Shown piece after piece: positions 22,863 through 33,015 of a stretch of 64,000 nucleotides of DNA. Numbering within the stretch: position 1 is the stretch's first letter; each line of letters begins with the position of its first letter. The notes beneath the pieces are model-generated. The model worked only from the letters and a program-made list of their open reading frames with translations, had not been told where the DNA came from and ran no database searches. The stretch is from an uncultured delta proteobacterium. GTDB taxonomy: Bacteria > Desulfobacterota > RBG-13-43-22. The stretch spans positions 64,001 through 128,000 of the forward strand of contig CAVUPH010000010.1 in the NCBI GenBank assembly GCA_963743305.1, read 5' to 3'. A program made the position numbers and the translations under genes.

Positions 22863-22940
22863 ATTAGCGCCCAGTGCGGTGAGATCTTAGTCAGCCTGGA
22901 GGAAGCCGTAAAGGCCCGGGAATTCAAAGCCACCCGATAA
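22863..22940 (+). repeat. Direct repeat copy 2 (orphan 3' end of the four-helix-bundle gene)
   Basis: Encodes ISAQCGEILVSLEEAVKAREFKATR*; all three differences from copy 1 are synonymous. Confidence 0.95.
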
Positions 22941-23149
22941 CCCCCACCCTTTTTTTCTTTTAGACTGATCCGGATCTTCCGGCACACCTAAGATAAGACT
23001 TTCAACGATATCTGCCGATCGGGAGGATCTTCATTTAACCGCAAGATCAGTAATACTAACTTTAATTGTTAATGTTTCAGCATAAATCACTTGACATTGT
23101 TTTCAGTTTTGATAATAGTTTACTGTTATTTTTAGTATAGATGAATCCT

Positions 23150-23231
23150 GGGTACAAAGGCGTTCCCCGGCCGAATCCGTTGAGTAGAAGACAAAGGCGT
23201 CTATCCTCTTCAAGGGGAGACGCCTTTTTTT
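23150..23231 (+). promoter_or_regulatory. ANTAR-type dual hairpin antiterminator leader with intrinsic terminator
   Basis: Two AC-AAAGGC-GT stem-loops (23150-23167, 23189-23202); the second overlaps the 5' arm of terminator AAAGGCGTCT...AGACGCCTTT-Tn (23193-23231); TTGACA at 23091. Confidence 0.8.
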
Positions 23232-23261
23232 ATTTAAAAATTAATTAAGGGAGGGAAAACC

Positions 23262-24854
23262 ATGAACCTGTCACAACCGAATTCCAATGAGGCCACACGA
23301 ACGTTCAACCGGTCCAAGAGCGTGGTTCCCATGAGCGGGATCTGCTCCCGGTGTATCGACGGCTGCCGGGGAAACTGCGAGGTCTTCAAAGCCACCTTCC
23401 GCGGCCGGGAGCTGCTCTATCCCGGTCCGTTCGGCGACATTACCGCCGGTGGGGACAAAAATTACCCGCTGGATTATTCCCACCTGAATATCCAGGGTTA
23501 TGCCCTGGGGGCCAAAGGACTCCCCGAGGGGGTGGCAGGTAATCCCGACACGGCCCGCTTTCCTGCGGTCAATACCGAAACGGAATACGGCTGGGACCTG
23601 AAGGTGAAGATGGCCACCCCGGTTTTTACCGGAGCGTTGGGATCCACCGAGATCGCCCGGAAAAACTGGGAACACTTTGCCGTGGGGGCGGCTATCACCG
23701 GTGTAACCATCGTCTGCGGCGAGAACGTCTGCGGGATCGATCCCGGCCTGGAACTGGATAAAAATAATAAGGTCACCCTGGCCCCGGATATGGACCGCCG
23801 CATCGAAACCTATCGCCGCTACTACCGCGGCTACGGCGAGATCCTCATCCAGATGAACGTGGAGGATACCCGGCTCGGGGTGGCCGAATACGTGATCAAC
23901 AAGCACGGGATCGAAACCATCGAGTTGAAATGGGGCCAGGGCGCCAAATGCATCGGCGGGGAAATCAAGGTCAACTCGCTGGAGCGGGCACTCGAACTGC
24001 AGCGTCGGGGTTATATCGTTACCCCTGACCCTTCCAGTTCGGCCAGTCAGGCGGCCTTTAAAAGCGGGTCCATCCAGGAATTCGAACGGCACAGCCGGCT
24101 GGGTTTTATCGATGAGGAAGGTTTTTATGCCGAGTGTGATCGGCTCCGCAAGCTGGGTTTCAAACGCATCACTTTGAAGACCGGGGCCTACGGACTTCGG
24201 GAGTTGGCCATGGCCCTGAAGTGGAGTTCCAAGGCCAAAATCGACCTGCTGACCATCGACGGCGCCCCGGGTGGCACCGGCATGAGCCCCTGGCGGATGA
24301 TGGAAGAATGGGGCCTGCCTTCTCTTTATCTTCATTCCGCCGCCTGCGAGTTTGCGGATGTCTTGGCCAGGCGCGGAGAACGGGTGCCCGACCTGGCCTT
24401 CGCCGGCGGTTTCAGTTCGGAAGACGGGATTTTCAAAGCCCTGGCCCTGGGGGCCCCCTATGTGAAAGCGGTCTGCATGGGCCGAGCCCTGATGATACCG
24501 GGCATGGTCGGGAAAAATATCGAAAAATGGATGGCCGCCAAAGATCTGCCCAAGACGGTCAGCGAATTTGGGACTACGCCGGAGGAGATCTTCGTCAATT
24601 ATGAAGACGTGGCCAACATCGTCGGTAAGGCGGAGATCAAGAAGATTCCGCTGGGAGCTATCGGGATCTACAGCTACGCCAACAAACTGCAGGTCGGCCT
24701 GCAGCAATTGATGGCCGGAGCCCGGTGTTTCAACCTGGCGGCCATCACTCGGAATGAATTGATGTCCCTGACCGAGGAATGCGCCGCGGTTACCGGAATT
24801 CCCTATATCATGGATTGCTACCGGGATGAAGCCATTGCGGTTCTACTAAAATAG
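23262..24854 (+). CDS. FMN-binding glutamate synthase family protein (stand-alone GltB2-like)
   Basis: ELKWGQGAK, TIDGAPGGTGMSP, AFAGG, KALALGAP; N-terminal CSRCIDGCRGNC. Confidence 0.85.
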   Translation: MNLSQPNSNEATRTFNRSKSVVPMSGICSRCIDGCRGNCEVFKATFRGRELLYPGPFGDITAGGDKNYPLDYSHLNIQGYALGAKGLPEGVAGNPDTARFPAVNTETEYGWDLKVKMATPVFTGALGSTEIARKNWEHFAVGAAITGVTIVCGENVCGIDPGLELDKNNKVTLAPDMDRRIETYRRYYRGYGEILIQMNVEDTRLGVAEYVINKHGIETIELKWGQGAKCIGGEIKVNSLERALELQRRGYIVTPDPSSSASQAAFKSGSIQEFERHSRLGFIDEEGFYAECDRLRKLGFKRITLKTGAYGLRELAMALKWSSKAKIDLLTIDGAPGGTGMSPWRMMEEWGLPSLYLHSAACEFADVLARRGERVPDLAFAGGFSSEDGIFKALALGAPYVKAVCMGRALMIPGMVGKNIEKWMAAKDLPKTVSEFGTTPEEIFVNYEDVANIVGKAEIKKIPLGAIGIYSYANKLQVGLQQLMAGARCFNLAAITRNELMSLTEECAAVTGIPYIMDCYRDEAIAVLLK

Positions 24855-24864
24855 GCAAAAATAG

Positions 24865-24900
24865 AAAAGGCCCTGGGGATTGATCCCGGGGCCTTTTTTT
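24865..24900. terminator. Intrinsic terminator, probably bidirectional
   Basis: AAAAGGCCCTGGGGAT-TG-ATCCCGGGGCCTTTTTTT between convergent genes. Confidence 0.8.
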
Positions 24901-24916
24901 ATGGGTGTTCGTCCTA

Positions 24917-26228
24917 TTATTTTACGAGCCACCAGAGCAGCGTGGCGGGGTCCGGTCCAGGGTTTGACCAGGCGTTGGGGATCTCGGAGGTCAGGCGGAT
25001 GAGATCTCCGGGAAGAAGTTCATGCTCTCCGGATCCCATCTTAACCAATAATTTTCCGGAAAGGAGGTAACCCATTTCTTCGCCCTTGTGGAGGAAAAAA
25101 TGGCCGGACAGGTTTTGCCGCGGAGGGATCTCGATCAGAAAGGGTTCGGCCTTGGTCTCCAGGTCCACCGGGATCAAGCGCTTCGCTTGAATACCGAACT
25201 CGGGCATGCCGGTCATCCTCAGGCCCGTCGCCTCCCGCAAAGGGAAAATGATCCGGCTTTTTTCCTTCACCGGATCGAGGAAAAAAGAACTGCTTTCCAC
25301 CGCCAGGATCTCGGCCATTTTAAACAGGGCCGGCAAAGAGGGATAAATCAGATTGCTCTCGACCTGAGAAATGGTGCTGGGGGTGACCCCGACCGATTGA
25401 GCGAGTTCCGTTTGGGAGAGACCTCGCTTGAGACGAAGCGCTTTGATGCGCTGGCCCAGGTCCAGGAGGCCGGATGGGCGGCGTTCGTCATTAAAGGTAA
25501 TATGTAAATCTTTGACCCAGTATTTATGAGGCTGATGGAGGTTGTCTAACTTACGTTTCTCGGCCTTCAAGACGGTCAGGGAAGTGGTCCCCCTTTTGAT
25601 GGCCAGATCAATGGCCACTTGGGCGATTTGGCTGATCTGGGCTCGAAACCGGGGAGAGTGGGCCTTTTTTTCCATGACCCAATAGGCGATGGTCTTCAGC
25701 TCGTAGAGGCGGGGGCAGGAATGGGAATAAAAATTAAGCACCTGGTCTTCACCCCCCCAGAGTTCCTGCATGCCGGTTAAACTTTCAAAGACAAAACGGA
25801 CATCTCCCTTTTGGGTGCCATGCAGGATATAGAGGGCCTCGGTTACCTGCCTCAGGTCCCGGGGATTCTCCACCTGAACCAGTTTAAAAGGGCCTTGGGA
25901 TTCTATTTGTTCATAAAATTTCAAAAAGATCGATGAACCGGCCCCTTTGCCGAAGGTGAAGCAATCCAGGATAAGCAGAGCGGGGTTTTGAGCCAGGGGC
26001 CCCAGTTTTTCCAACAAATTTTTAGGGGAACGGTCAAAGGTCACATAGATGAGCGGTTTTTTCTGGACTTGGGAAATCCGAATGAAATTCAAACAGAAAA
26101 CCGAGGCCAAACTGCCCGCATCATCATACCAAACCACGTTATCTCCGATGAACAGGCCTTCCAGAAGGAAATCCAGTTGTTCGACCCCGGAGGCCACCTT
26201 TAATTTTTCCGCCGCCGCTTTTCGCCAT
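24917..26228 (-). CDS. KaiC/RAD55-like domain (degenerate Walker A) + XRE HTH + cupin transcriptional regulator; probable true start 26228 with frameshift near 26198
   Basis: SGVEQLD..GLFIGDNVVW, YVTF, VFESLT; LSQTELA..TISQVESN HTH; HKGEEMGYLLSG cupin; AGGA RBS before ATG 26228, which is one base out of frame. Confidence 0.75.
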
Positions 26229-26239
26229 GGGTACTGTTC

Positions 26240-26473
26240 CTAATCGGATTTCTTATTTTCGGAGGAAAGGTTGCCTTTGGCTTCCGCCTCCAGTTGATAG
26301 CGCCTGGGGCTTCTTCGGCAATTTTCCCAGATGATACAGGCGGTCCGGAACTTACAATAGCCGCAAGGGTCGGTGCAGGCCATGCAATCCTCCAGGCATT
26401 CCAGGCAGTAGCCGATTTCCAGCTTACTGCATTTAACCGCGGCTTCCCGATCGGGATGAAAACGGCATTGCAT
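26240..26473 (-). CDS. Small Cys-rich B-box-like zinc-finger protein
   Basis: CRFHPDREAAVKC..YCLEC..CTDPCGYCKFRTAC. Confidence 0.7.
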   Translation of the reverse strand: MQCRFHPDREAAVKCSKLEIGYCLECLEDCMACTDPCGYCKFRTACIIWENCRRSPRRYQLEAEAKGNLSSENKKSD

Positions 26474-26486
26474 AAAGATGAACCCC

Positions 26487-27146
26487 TTACTGTTTATCCG
26501 CTAACCGGGTGGTAAGTCGGCGTTGTCTCAGGTACTCAATGACCCCCGGCATTACGGAGATGAGGATGATGACCAAAATGACCAGGGTAAAATTTTTCTT
26601 CACCACCGCCATATTTCCGAAATAATATCCGCCCAGAACAAAAAGGGCGATCCAGGCGACTCCTCCGACTACATTATAAGCCAGGAACCAGGAATAAGAC
26701 ATCCGTCCGATGCCGGCCACAAAAGGGGCAAAGGTCCGGATGATCGGTACAAAGCGAGCGATGATAATCGTCTTTCCCCCATGCCGTTCGTAGAAAGCAT
26801 GGGTTCGTTCCAGGTATTCCTTTTTAAAAAGCCGGGAGCTTTCCCGTTGAAAGACTTTGGGTCCAACATAATTCCCGATCCAGTAGTTGGCCGTATCCCC
26901 GGCCACGGCGGCGATACTTAGCAGGACCAACAGCCACCAAGGATCCAGCGACCCGAGGGCGGCGAAGGCGCCGGCTGCAAACAGGAGGGAATCGCCGGGC
27001 AGGATCGGGGTGACCACCAGTCCGGTTTCACAAAAAATGACAATAAACAGAATGAGGTACGTCCAAAGCCCGTAAGCCTGGATGACGGCATTGAGGTGTT
27101 TATCTAAATGGAGAAACAATTCCAACAGTTGATTGAACCATTCCAT
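26487..27146 (-). CDS. dedA: DedA family membrane protein
   Basis: [33 protein letters not shown]. Confidence 0.93.
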   Translation of the reverse strand: MEWFNQLLELFLHLDKHLNAVIQAYGLWTYLILFIVIFCETGLVVTPILPGDSLLFAAGAFAALGSLDPWWLLVLLSIAAVAGDTANYWIGNYVGPKVFQRESSRLFKKEYLERTHAFYERHGGKTIIIARFVPIIRTFAPFVAGIGRMSYSWFLAYNVVGGVAWIALFVLGGYYFGNMAVVKKNFTLVILVIILISVMPGVIEYLRQRRLTTRLADKQ

Positions 27147-27308
27147 GGGCGTTCATTTCCTTTTTAAGGAATAGGGGAGTCTGCTCCCGTTGTCAGCGTG
27201 TCGGGTAGTGTATACCATATCCTCTTGATAAAAAACAACCATCGAGGACTGAAGATCTTAGGGGGAAACCTGCGAACCGGCTGCACCGGGAAGGGCCAAG
27301 AAAAGGAC

Positions 27309-27336
27309 AAAAAAAAAGGAAGGCACTGCGGGCCTT
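27309..27336 (-). terminator. Possible intrinsic terminator of the histone-like gene
   Basis: Minus strand AAGGC-CCGCAGT-GCCTT-CC-T9. Confidence 0.45.
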
Positions 27337-27421
27337 TTCTCTTTTGAAGAATCGACCCTCCTTCCCTTTTAAAGGTGAGGCTAAATTATTAAAATTTACC
27401 TAGCGAACAACAACCACCCGG

Positions 27422-27619
27422 CTATTTCTTTTTAGCCGGGGCCTTTTTGGCCGGGGCCTTGGAAGCGGCGGCTTTCTTGGCCGGAGCGGCCTTTTTGGCC
27501 GGCGCCTTTTTGGCCGTCGCTTTCTTGCTTGGGCTCTTGGCGGTCGTGGCTGCTTTCTTGGGAGCGGCCTTCGCGGTTGCTTTCTTCGCCGGAGCCTTTG
27601 CTTTTTTGGTTGCTGCCAT
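27422..27619 (-). CDS. Histone H1-like Lys/Ala/Pro-rich protein (65 aa)
   Basis: MAATKKAKAPAKK with repeated PAKK/AKKA; RBS GGAGGAG. Confidence 0.75.
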   Translation of the reverse strand: MAATKKAKAPAKKATAKAAPKKAATTAKSPSKKATAKKAPAKKAAPAKKAAASKAPAKKAPAKKK

Positions 27620-27656
27620 GGTGTCTCCTCCTTTCGGATATATGGTATTTGTTGCG

Positions 27657-27685
27657 ATTTTAGAATACCATATATAGTATGTCAA
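27657..27685 (-). promoter_or_regulatory. Sigma70 promoter of the histone-like gene
   Basis: TTGACA-17 nt-TAAAAT. Confidence 0.7.
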
Positions 27686-27738
27686 GAAAAAAATACAATT
27701 TTGACAGGAATAATTTATTTTTTTTCAAAATAATTTAT

Positions 27739-28755
27739 TCAGGACAGGCCGACCCCCGCCAGCGCTTCCAGGCATTGAGGGCAGCGGCCTTGATTCAATT
27801 CATTTTTCAAAATGGTAAATCCAAATCGGTCCAGCAGTAGACGGCCGCAGTGATGGCAATAGGTTTTCTCCCCTTGATCGCCGGGCACATTCCCGGTGTA
27901 GACATAATGGAGTCCCACTTCCCGGCCGATTTCCCAAGCCTGCTGCAGGGTCTTGACCGGTGTAACCGGCAGGTCGGTTAGACGAAACGTCGGGTGAAAA
28001 CGGCTGATGTGCCAGGGGGTCTCCGGACCCAGTTCCTGGAGGATGAAGGTGGCCAATTCCCGCAATTCTTCCTTCGAATCGTTCAGGGTGGGAATGATTA
28101 AGGTGGTGATTTCCAGCCAGACCCCCATTTCCTTCATGGACTTCAAGGTCTTCAGGACCGGAGACAGTTTGGCCCCGCATTGCTTTTGATAAAAGGCTTC
28201 CCGAAAGGACTTCAAATCCACATTGGCCCCGTGGAGCAGGGGATGAATAGATTGCAGTGCCTCCGCGGACATATACCCGTTGGTGACGAAGACGTTCTTT
28301 AACCCCTGCGCTGCGGCCAGTATGGCGATGTCCTGGGCGTATTCAAAAAAAATGGTCGGCTCCGTATACGTGTAAGCGATGGATTGACAACCGGCCTGCC
28401 GGGCGGCGGCCACGATATCCTCCGGAGAGACCTCCTCACCGGGTATTTTCCCCTGATCCTGGGGCAACTGGGAGATGTCGGCGTTCTGACAGAAAAGGCA
28501 GCGAAAGTTACAGCCGGCGGTGGCCAGGGAAAAGGACCGGGATCCCGGTAAGAAATGAAAGAGCGGCTTTTTCTCAATGGGGTCCACGTGGGTAGCGATG
28601 GGCCGGGCGTAAACCAGTGAATAGAGGCTCCCCTCCCGATTCTCCCGGACCCCGCAGAGTCCTCTTCCCCCCTCCTTAATCAGACAGTGATGGTTGCACA
28701 AGAAGCAGTGGACTTGTTGTTCTTTCTTTTTTTCATAAAACCGAGCCTCCATCAT
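27739..28755 (-). CDS. amrS: AmmeMemoRadiSam system radical SAM enzyme
   Basis: DPIEKKPLFHF, GCNFRCLFCQN, AYTYTEP, SRFHP. Confidence 0.88.
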   Translation of the reverse strand: MMEARFYEKKKEQQVHCFLCNHHCLIKEGGRGLCGVRENREGSLYSLVYARPIATHVDPIEKKPLFHFLPGSRSFSLATAGCNFRCLFCQNADISQLPQDQGKIPGEEVSPEDIVAAARQAGCQSIAYTYTEPTIFFEYAQDIAILAAAQGLKNVFVTNGYMSAEALQSIHPLLHGANVDLKSFREAFYQKQCGAKLSPVLKTLKSMKEMGVWLEITTLIIPTLNDSKEELRELATFILQELGPETPWHISRFHPTFRLTDLPVTPVKTLQQAWEIGREVGLHYVYTGNVPGDQGEKTYCHHCGRLLLDRFGFTILKNELNQGRCPQCLEALAGVGLS

Positions 28756-28768
28756 ACTGCACCCCCTC

Positions 28769-30446
28769 TTAGGTTGAGGAACAATCCTCTTTAAACACGG
28801 CGCCGGTACTGCCGGAAGTCACCAACTGGGAATAACGATAGAGGTAGCCGCTTTTAATTTTCGGCGGTTGGGGTTTCCATTTTTTCCTTCGCCGTTCCAA
28901 CTCCTCGGGGGAAACCCGCAGGCTTATTTTTTTATTGGGGATATCGATGGCGATACGTATCTCCCTCCCGGACCAAGGCCAGAGGTCCTCCCGACGCCGC
29001 TTCGGGTGAAACATGGCCGATGGCCGCGCCTTGGGTCCCCCCGCTGAACCGTCCATCGGTAATCAAGGCGACCTCCTTGCCCAACCCCATCCCGATGATG
29101 GCGGCGGTGGGGGAAAGCATTTCCTGCATCCCCGGTCCCCCCTTGGGGCCTTCATAGCGTATAATCACCACATCCCCTTTGTGGATCTTCTTGCCCAGGA
29201 TAGCCTGCTGAGCGGCCGGCTCGGAATCAAAGACCCGGGCCGGGCCCTGGTGTTTCAGCATTTCCGGCGCCACCGCGGATTGTTTGACCACCGCACCCTC
29301 GGGGGCCAGGTTGCCGAAAAGGACGGCGATGCCCCCTTCAGCATGATACGGGCGGCTAATCGGGCGAATAACCTCCGGGTCCGTGACGGTCTGGCCTTTT
29401 AAATTTACCGCCAAGGTCGAGGCGGTCGCCGTCAAGACCCGGGTATCCAGCCCCTTCCTTTTGGTGAGTTCCGCCATAAGCGCCGGGATGCCGCCGGCCT
29501 CATGCAGTTCCTGCAGGCTATGTGGACCGGCGGGTATTAAATTGCAGAGATGGGGGGTCTTTTGGCTGATTTGGTTAAAAAGAGTCAGGGGCAGGTTGAT
29601 CCCCGCTTCGGAGGCTATGGCCGGGACATGGAGCACCGTGTTAGTGGAGCAGCCCAGGGCCATATCGACCGCGATGGCGTTTCGAAAGGCCGGCAGGGTG
29701 GCGATGTCCCGGGGGAGAATTTTCTTTTTTAATAATTCCATAATCTTGGTCCCGGCCTGCTTGGCCAGGCGAAGGCGGGCCGCCGAGACGGCGGGGATGG
29801 TGCCGTTTCCGGGGAGTCCTAAACCGATGGCCTCGGTCAGGCAATTCATCGAGTTGGCGGTGAACATTCCGGCGCAGGAACCGCAGCCGGGGCAGGCCGC
29901 GTCCTCCAGTTCCCGCAGCTCCGCGGCCTTTAATTTTCCGGCCTTGACTTGCCCCACCCCTTCGAAGACGCTGACCAGGTGAACGTTTTTCCCGCGCCAG
30001 CGGCCGGTGAGCATGGGGCCCCCGCTGACCATAATGGCCGGGATATTCAGGCGCAGCATGGCCATCAGCATTCCCGGGATGATCTTGTCGCAATTGGGGA
30101 TCAAAACCAGGGCGTCAAAAGGGTGGGCTCGGGCCATAACCTCCACCGAGTCGGCGATCAGCTCCCGGCTGGCCAGGGAATATTTCATGCCTTCGTGGTT
30201 CATGGCAATCCCGTCACAGACGCCGATGGTGGAAAAGGATATAGGCGTCCCACCGGCCATGCGCACCCCGTCTTTCACGGCCTGGCAGATTCGGTCCAGG
30301 TGGATGTGTCCGGGAATGATCTCATTGGCCGAATTGGCTATACCGACCAGCGGCCGGGCGATTTCTTCATCGGTGTAGCCCATGGCTTTAAACAGGGAGC
30401 GATGGGGGGATTTCTCCAGTCCTTTTTTCATGGCGTCGCTGCGCAT
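28769..30446 (-). CDS. ilvD: Dihydroxy-acid dehydratase (frameshift near 28955)
   Basis: [40 protein letters not shown]; C-terminus in a second frame. Confidence 0.93.
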
Positions 30447-30634
30447 AGCATCCTCCTTATACTAAAAAATCAACAATAGTTTTTCTGATTAATTCTACTC
30501 CCACTCCTCATTTTTGTCATTCTTCACTCCCCGTCGTCGAATGACCAGGCGGGGGAATTGAATTAATTGAAATACTATAATAAATATGGAAGAATGAAAG
30601 CAAGAAAAAGCGACCCCCCGGGAGAACCCAGGTT

Positions 30635-30870
30635 ATGATCCTTAAACAAACGGGCGAAATAACCTCTTCACCGGGGATACGCTTTTTGTAGGGGCCGTGG
30701 GCCGGACGGATCTTCCGGGCGGGTCGCTGGAGACTTTGCTTCATTCCCTTAAGGATAAGATCCTTACGCTGCCGGATGAGACCGTGGTCCGTCCCGGCCA
30801 TGATTACGGCGATCGACCGACTTCCACTATCGGGAAGGAGAAAAAGGAGAATCCCTATATAAAATCTTAG
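30635..30870 (+). pseudogene. MBL-fold metallohydrolase remnant with internal deletion
   Basis: MILKQ start joined out of frame to LFTGDTLFVGAVGRTDLPGGS...PGHDYG..STIGKEKKENPYIKS*; HxHxDH region absent. Confidence 0.8.
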
Positions 30871-30904
30871 CCAAAAGTAAAAATATTTTTGGCTAAGATT
30901 TTAT
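30859..30904. terminator. 18-bp perfect hairpin between convergent genes
   Basis: ATAAAATCTTAGCCAAAA / TTTTGGCTAAGATTTTAT. Confidence 0.6.
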
Positions 30905-32189
30905 TTCCCGAAAGGATTCTTCCGCGGCGGCCAAGGTTATTTTCCAGATCTTCCCGGGAATGGGCCAGGGAGATGAACAGGGCTTCAAAGGCCGAGGGGG
31001 CCAGGTAAACGCCTCGCTCCCGCATGGCCCGGAAGAATTGCCCGTAAGCCTCGGCCGAAGCCTGCTGTACGGTAGCGAAATCCGTCACCGGTTCCCGGGA
31101 GAAAAAGAAGCTGCCCAGGGATCCGACGCGGGCAACCTGGAAGGGGAGCCCCTGGCTTTGGGCGATGGCCCCCAGCTTACCGAAGAAAAAGGCCGACTTC
31201 TCTTCCAGTTGCGGATAGACGTCCATTTCCGATAAAAGATTCAAGGTAGCCAGGCCGGCGGCCGTGGCCAGGGGATTTCCGGAGAGGGTCCCGGCCTGGT
31301 AGACCGGGCCGACCGGGGCGATCCAGGACATGATTTCCTCCCGTCCGCCGTAAGCCCCAACCGGCAAACCGCCCCCAATGATTTTTCCCAGACAGGTCAG
31401 GTCGGGCCGGATGTTGAAGAGTTCCTGCGCGCCCCCCAGGGCTACCCGAAAACCGGTAATGACCTCGTCAAAGATCAACAGGGAACCGGACTGGGAGGTT
31501 ACCTCGCGGAGTCCTTCCAGAAATCCCGGTCGGGGCGGCACGACCCCCATGTTGCCCGCTACCGGTTCGACGATCAAGGCCGCGATTTGCTCGCCTTTTT
31601 CATGAAAAAGTTGCTGCACGGCATTTAGGTCGTTGTAGGGCAGCGAAACGGTCAGGGCGGCAATTTCCTGAGGAACCCCGGGGCTGCCGGGGATGCCCAG
31701 GGTGGCCACGCCGGAACCGGCTTTGATCAGGAAACTGTCTCCATGCCCGTGGTAGCAGCCGTCAAACTTGACGATTACCGGGCGCTGCGTGTAGGCCCTG
31801 GCCAAACGAACGGCGCTCATGGTAGCCTCCGTCCCGGAGCTCACCAAGCGGACTTTCTCCACCGAAGGCACGGAGGCCACGATTTTTTCAGCCAGGAGTA
31901 CTTCGGCCTCCGTTGGGGCACCATAACTGGTTCCCAGAGACGCGGCCCGGTTGAGGGCCTCGAGGACCCGGGGGTGGGCATGTCCCAAAATCATAGGGCC
32001 CCAGGACCCGACGTAATCGATATAGACCTGGTTGTCCACATCGAAGATCTTGGAACCTGCCGCCCGGGCAATGAATAAAGGGCAGGCCCCGACCGACCGG
32101 GCGGCCCTGACCGGGCTGTTGACCCCCCCGGGAATCACCCGTTGACTGCGTTCAAAAAGAGATTCGGAGCGGAGATAGGTCTTATTCAT
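30893..32189 (-). CDS. hemL: Glutamate-1-semialdehyde 2,1-aminomutase (frameshift near 30940; corrected stop at 30893)
   Basis: PGGVNSPVR, SGTEATM, FDEVITGFR, GKIIGGGLP, YQAGTLSGNP. Confidence 0.93.
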
Positions 32190-32676
32190 GATGAAAATAC
32201 CTCATGGTGGTTTTCTTTAATTCGCGGTGACTGAACAGCAGCCGGTACGCCTCCAGACCGACAGACCGAGATATGGTTTGGGCCACCTCCCGGCAGCGGG
32301 CCTCGGTGGCGGCGTGGATCATGGTATACAGGTTGTAGGGCCAATCGGCATGGGGTTTTCTATGGTAGCAGTGGGTGACCTCCCGGAAAGCGGCCATGGT
32401 TTTTCCGATGGGCTCGATCCGGTCCTCGGGGACCTGCCAGACCGCCATGGCATTGGCATTGAAACCTGAATTGCGATGGCGCAGGGTGGCCCCGAAACGA
32501 CGGATAACGTCGTCCCGCTGCAGGCGTCGAATCATCATCAGCAGCCGGCGATGGGAAAGACCCAGGCGTTCGGCCAACGGCAAAAAAGGCTGAGGGATGA
32601 TCTCCAGGTCACCGGTCAATTCCCCGATGAGGGTTCTTTCCAATTCCGTCCAAAGGTGAGGAGTGGTGGTCTTCAA
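32182..32676 (-). CDS. ahbB: Siroheme decarboxylase beta subunit (AhbB/NirDL family)
   Basis: IRRFGATLRHR, NAMAVW, VTHCY, WPYNLYTMIH, ELKKT. Confidence 0.85.
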   Translation of the reverse strand: MKTTTPHLWTELERTLIGELTGDLEIIPQPFLPLAERLGLSHRRLLMMIRRLQRDDVIRRFGATLRHRNSGFNANAMAVWQVPEDRIEPIGKTMAAFREVTHCYHRKPHADWPYNLYTMIHAATEARCREVAQTISRSVGLEAYRLLFSHRELKKTTMRYFHHE

Positions 32677-33002
32677 AAATATTCTTTCTCCAGTTCGGTC
32701 ACCCGTCGCGCCAGGGTTTGGTGGATGGCGGTGAATTTTTCCAGCAACGCTTTCCCTTCCCGCGTTAAACGCAATCCGCCTCGTTTCCCCAAGGTGGTAT
32801 CTTTTTCCGCCAAAGAATACCCCAAACGATCCTCCGAGGCCTTAAGGCGGCCCCAGGCCGCCCGATAAGACATATTCATTTTTTTGGCCGCCTGGGCCAG
32901 GGATCCGTGATCGGCAATGGCCTGGAGGAGCTGGCGGCGTCCATCTCCGAAGCGGACCCGATGATCTTCCTCTTCCAGCCAGATCTTAAAAGAAATTTTC
33001 AC
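32673..33002 (-). CDS. ModE N-terminal winged-helix domain protein
   Basis: KIWLE..FGDGRRQLL..GSLAQAAKKMNMSYRAAW; no molybdate-binding domain. Confidence 0.85.
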   Translation of the reverse strand: MKISFKIWLEEEDHRVRFGDGRRQLLQAIADHGSLAQAAKKMNMSYRAAWGRLKASEDRLGYSLAEKDTTLGKRGGLRLTREGKALLEKFTAIHQTLARRVTELEKEYF

Positions 33003-33015
33003 AGGTTATCCGCAA

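Noticed and set aside
23271-24707. 478-aa antisense ORF and other long shadow ORFs
   Set aside because: Antisense to well-conserved GC-rich genes, with no motifs of their own
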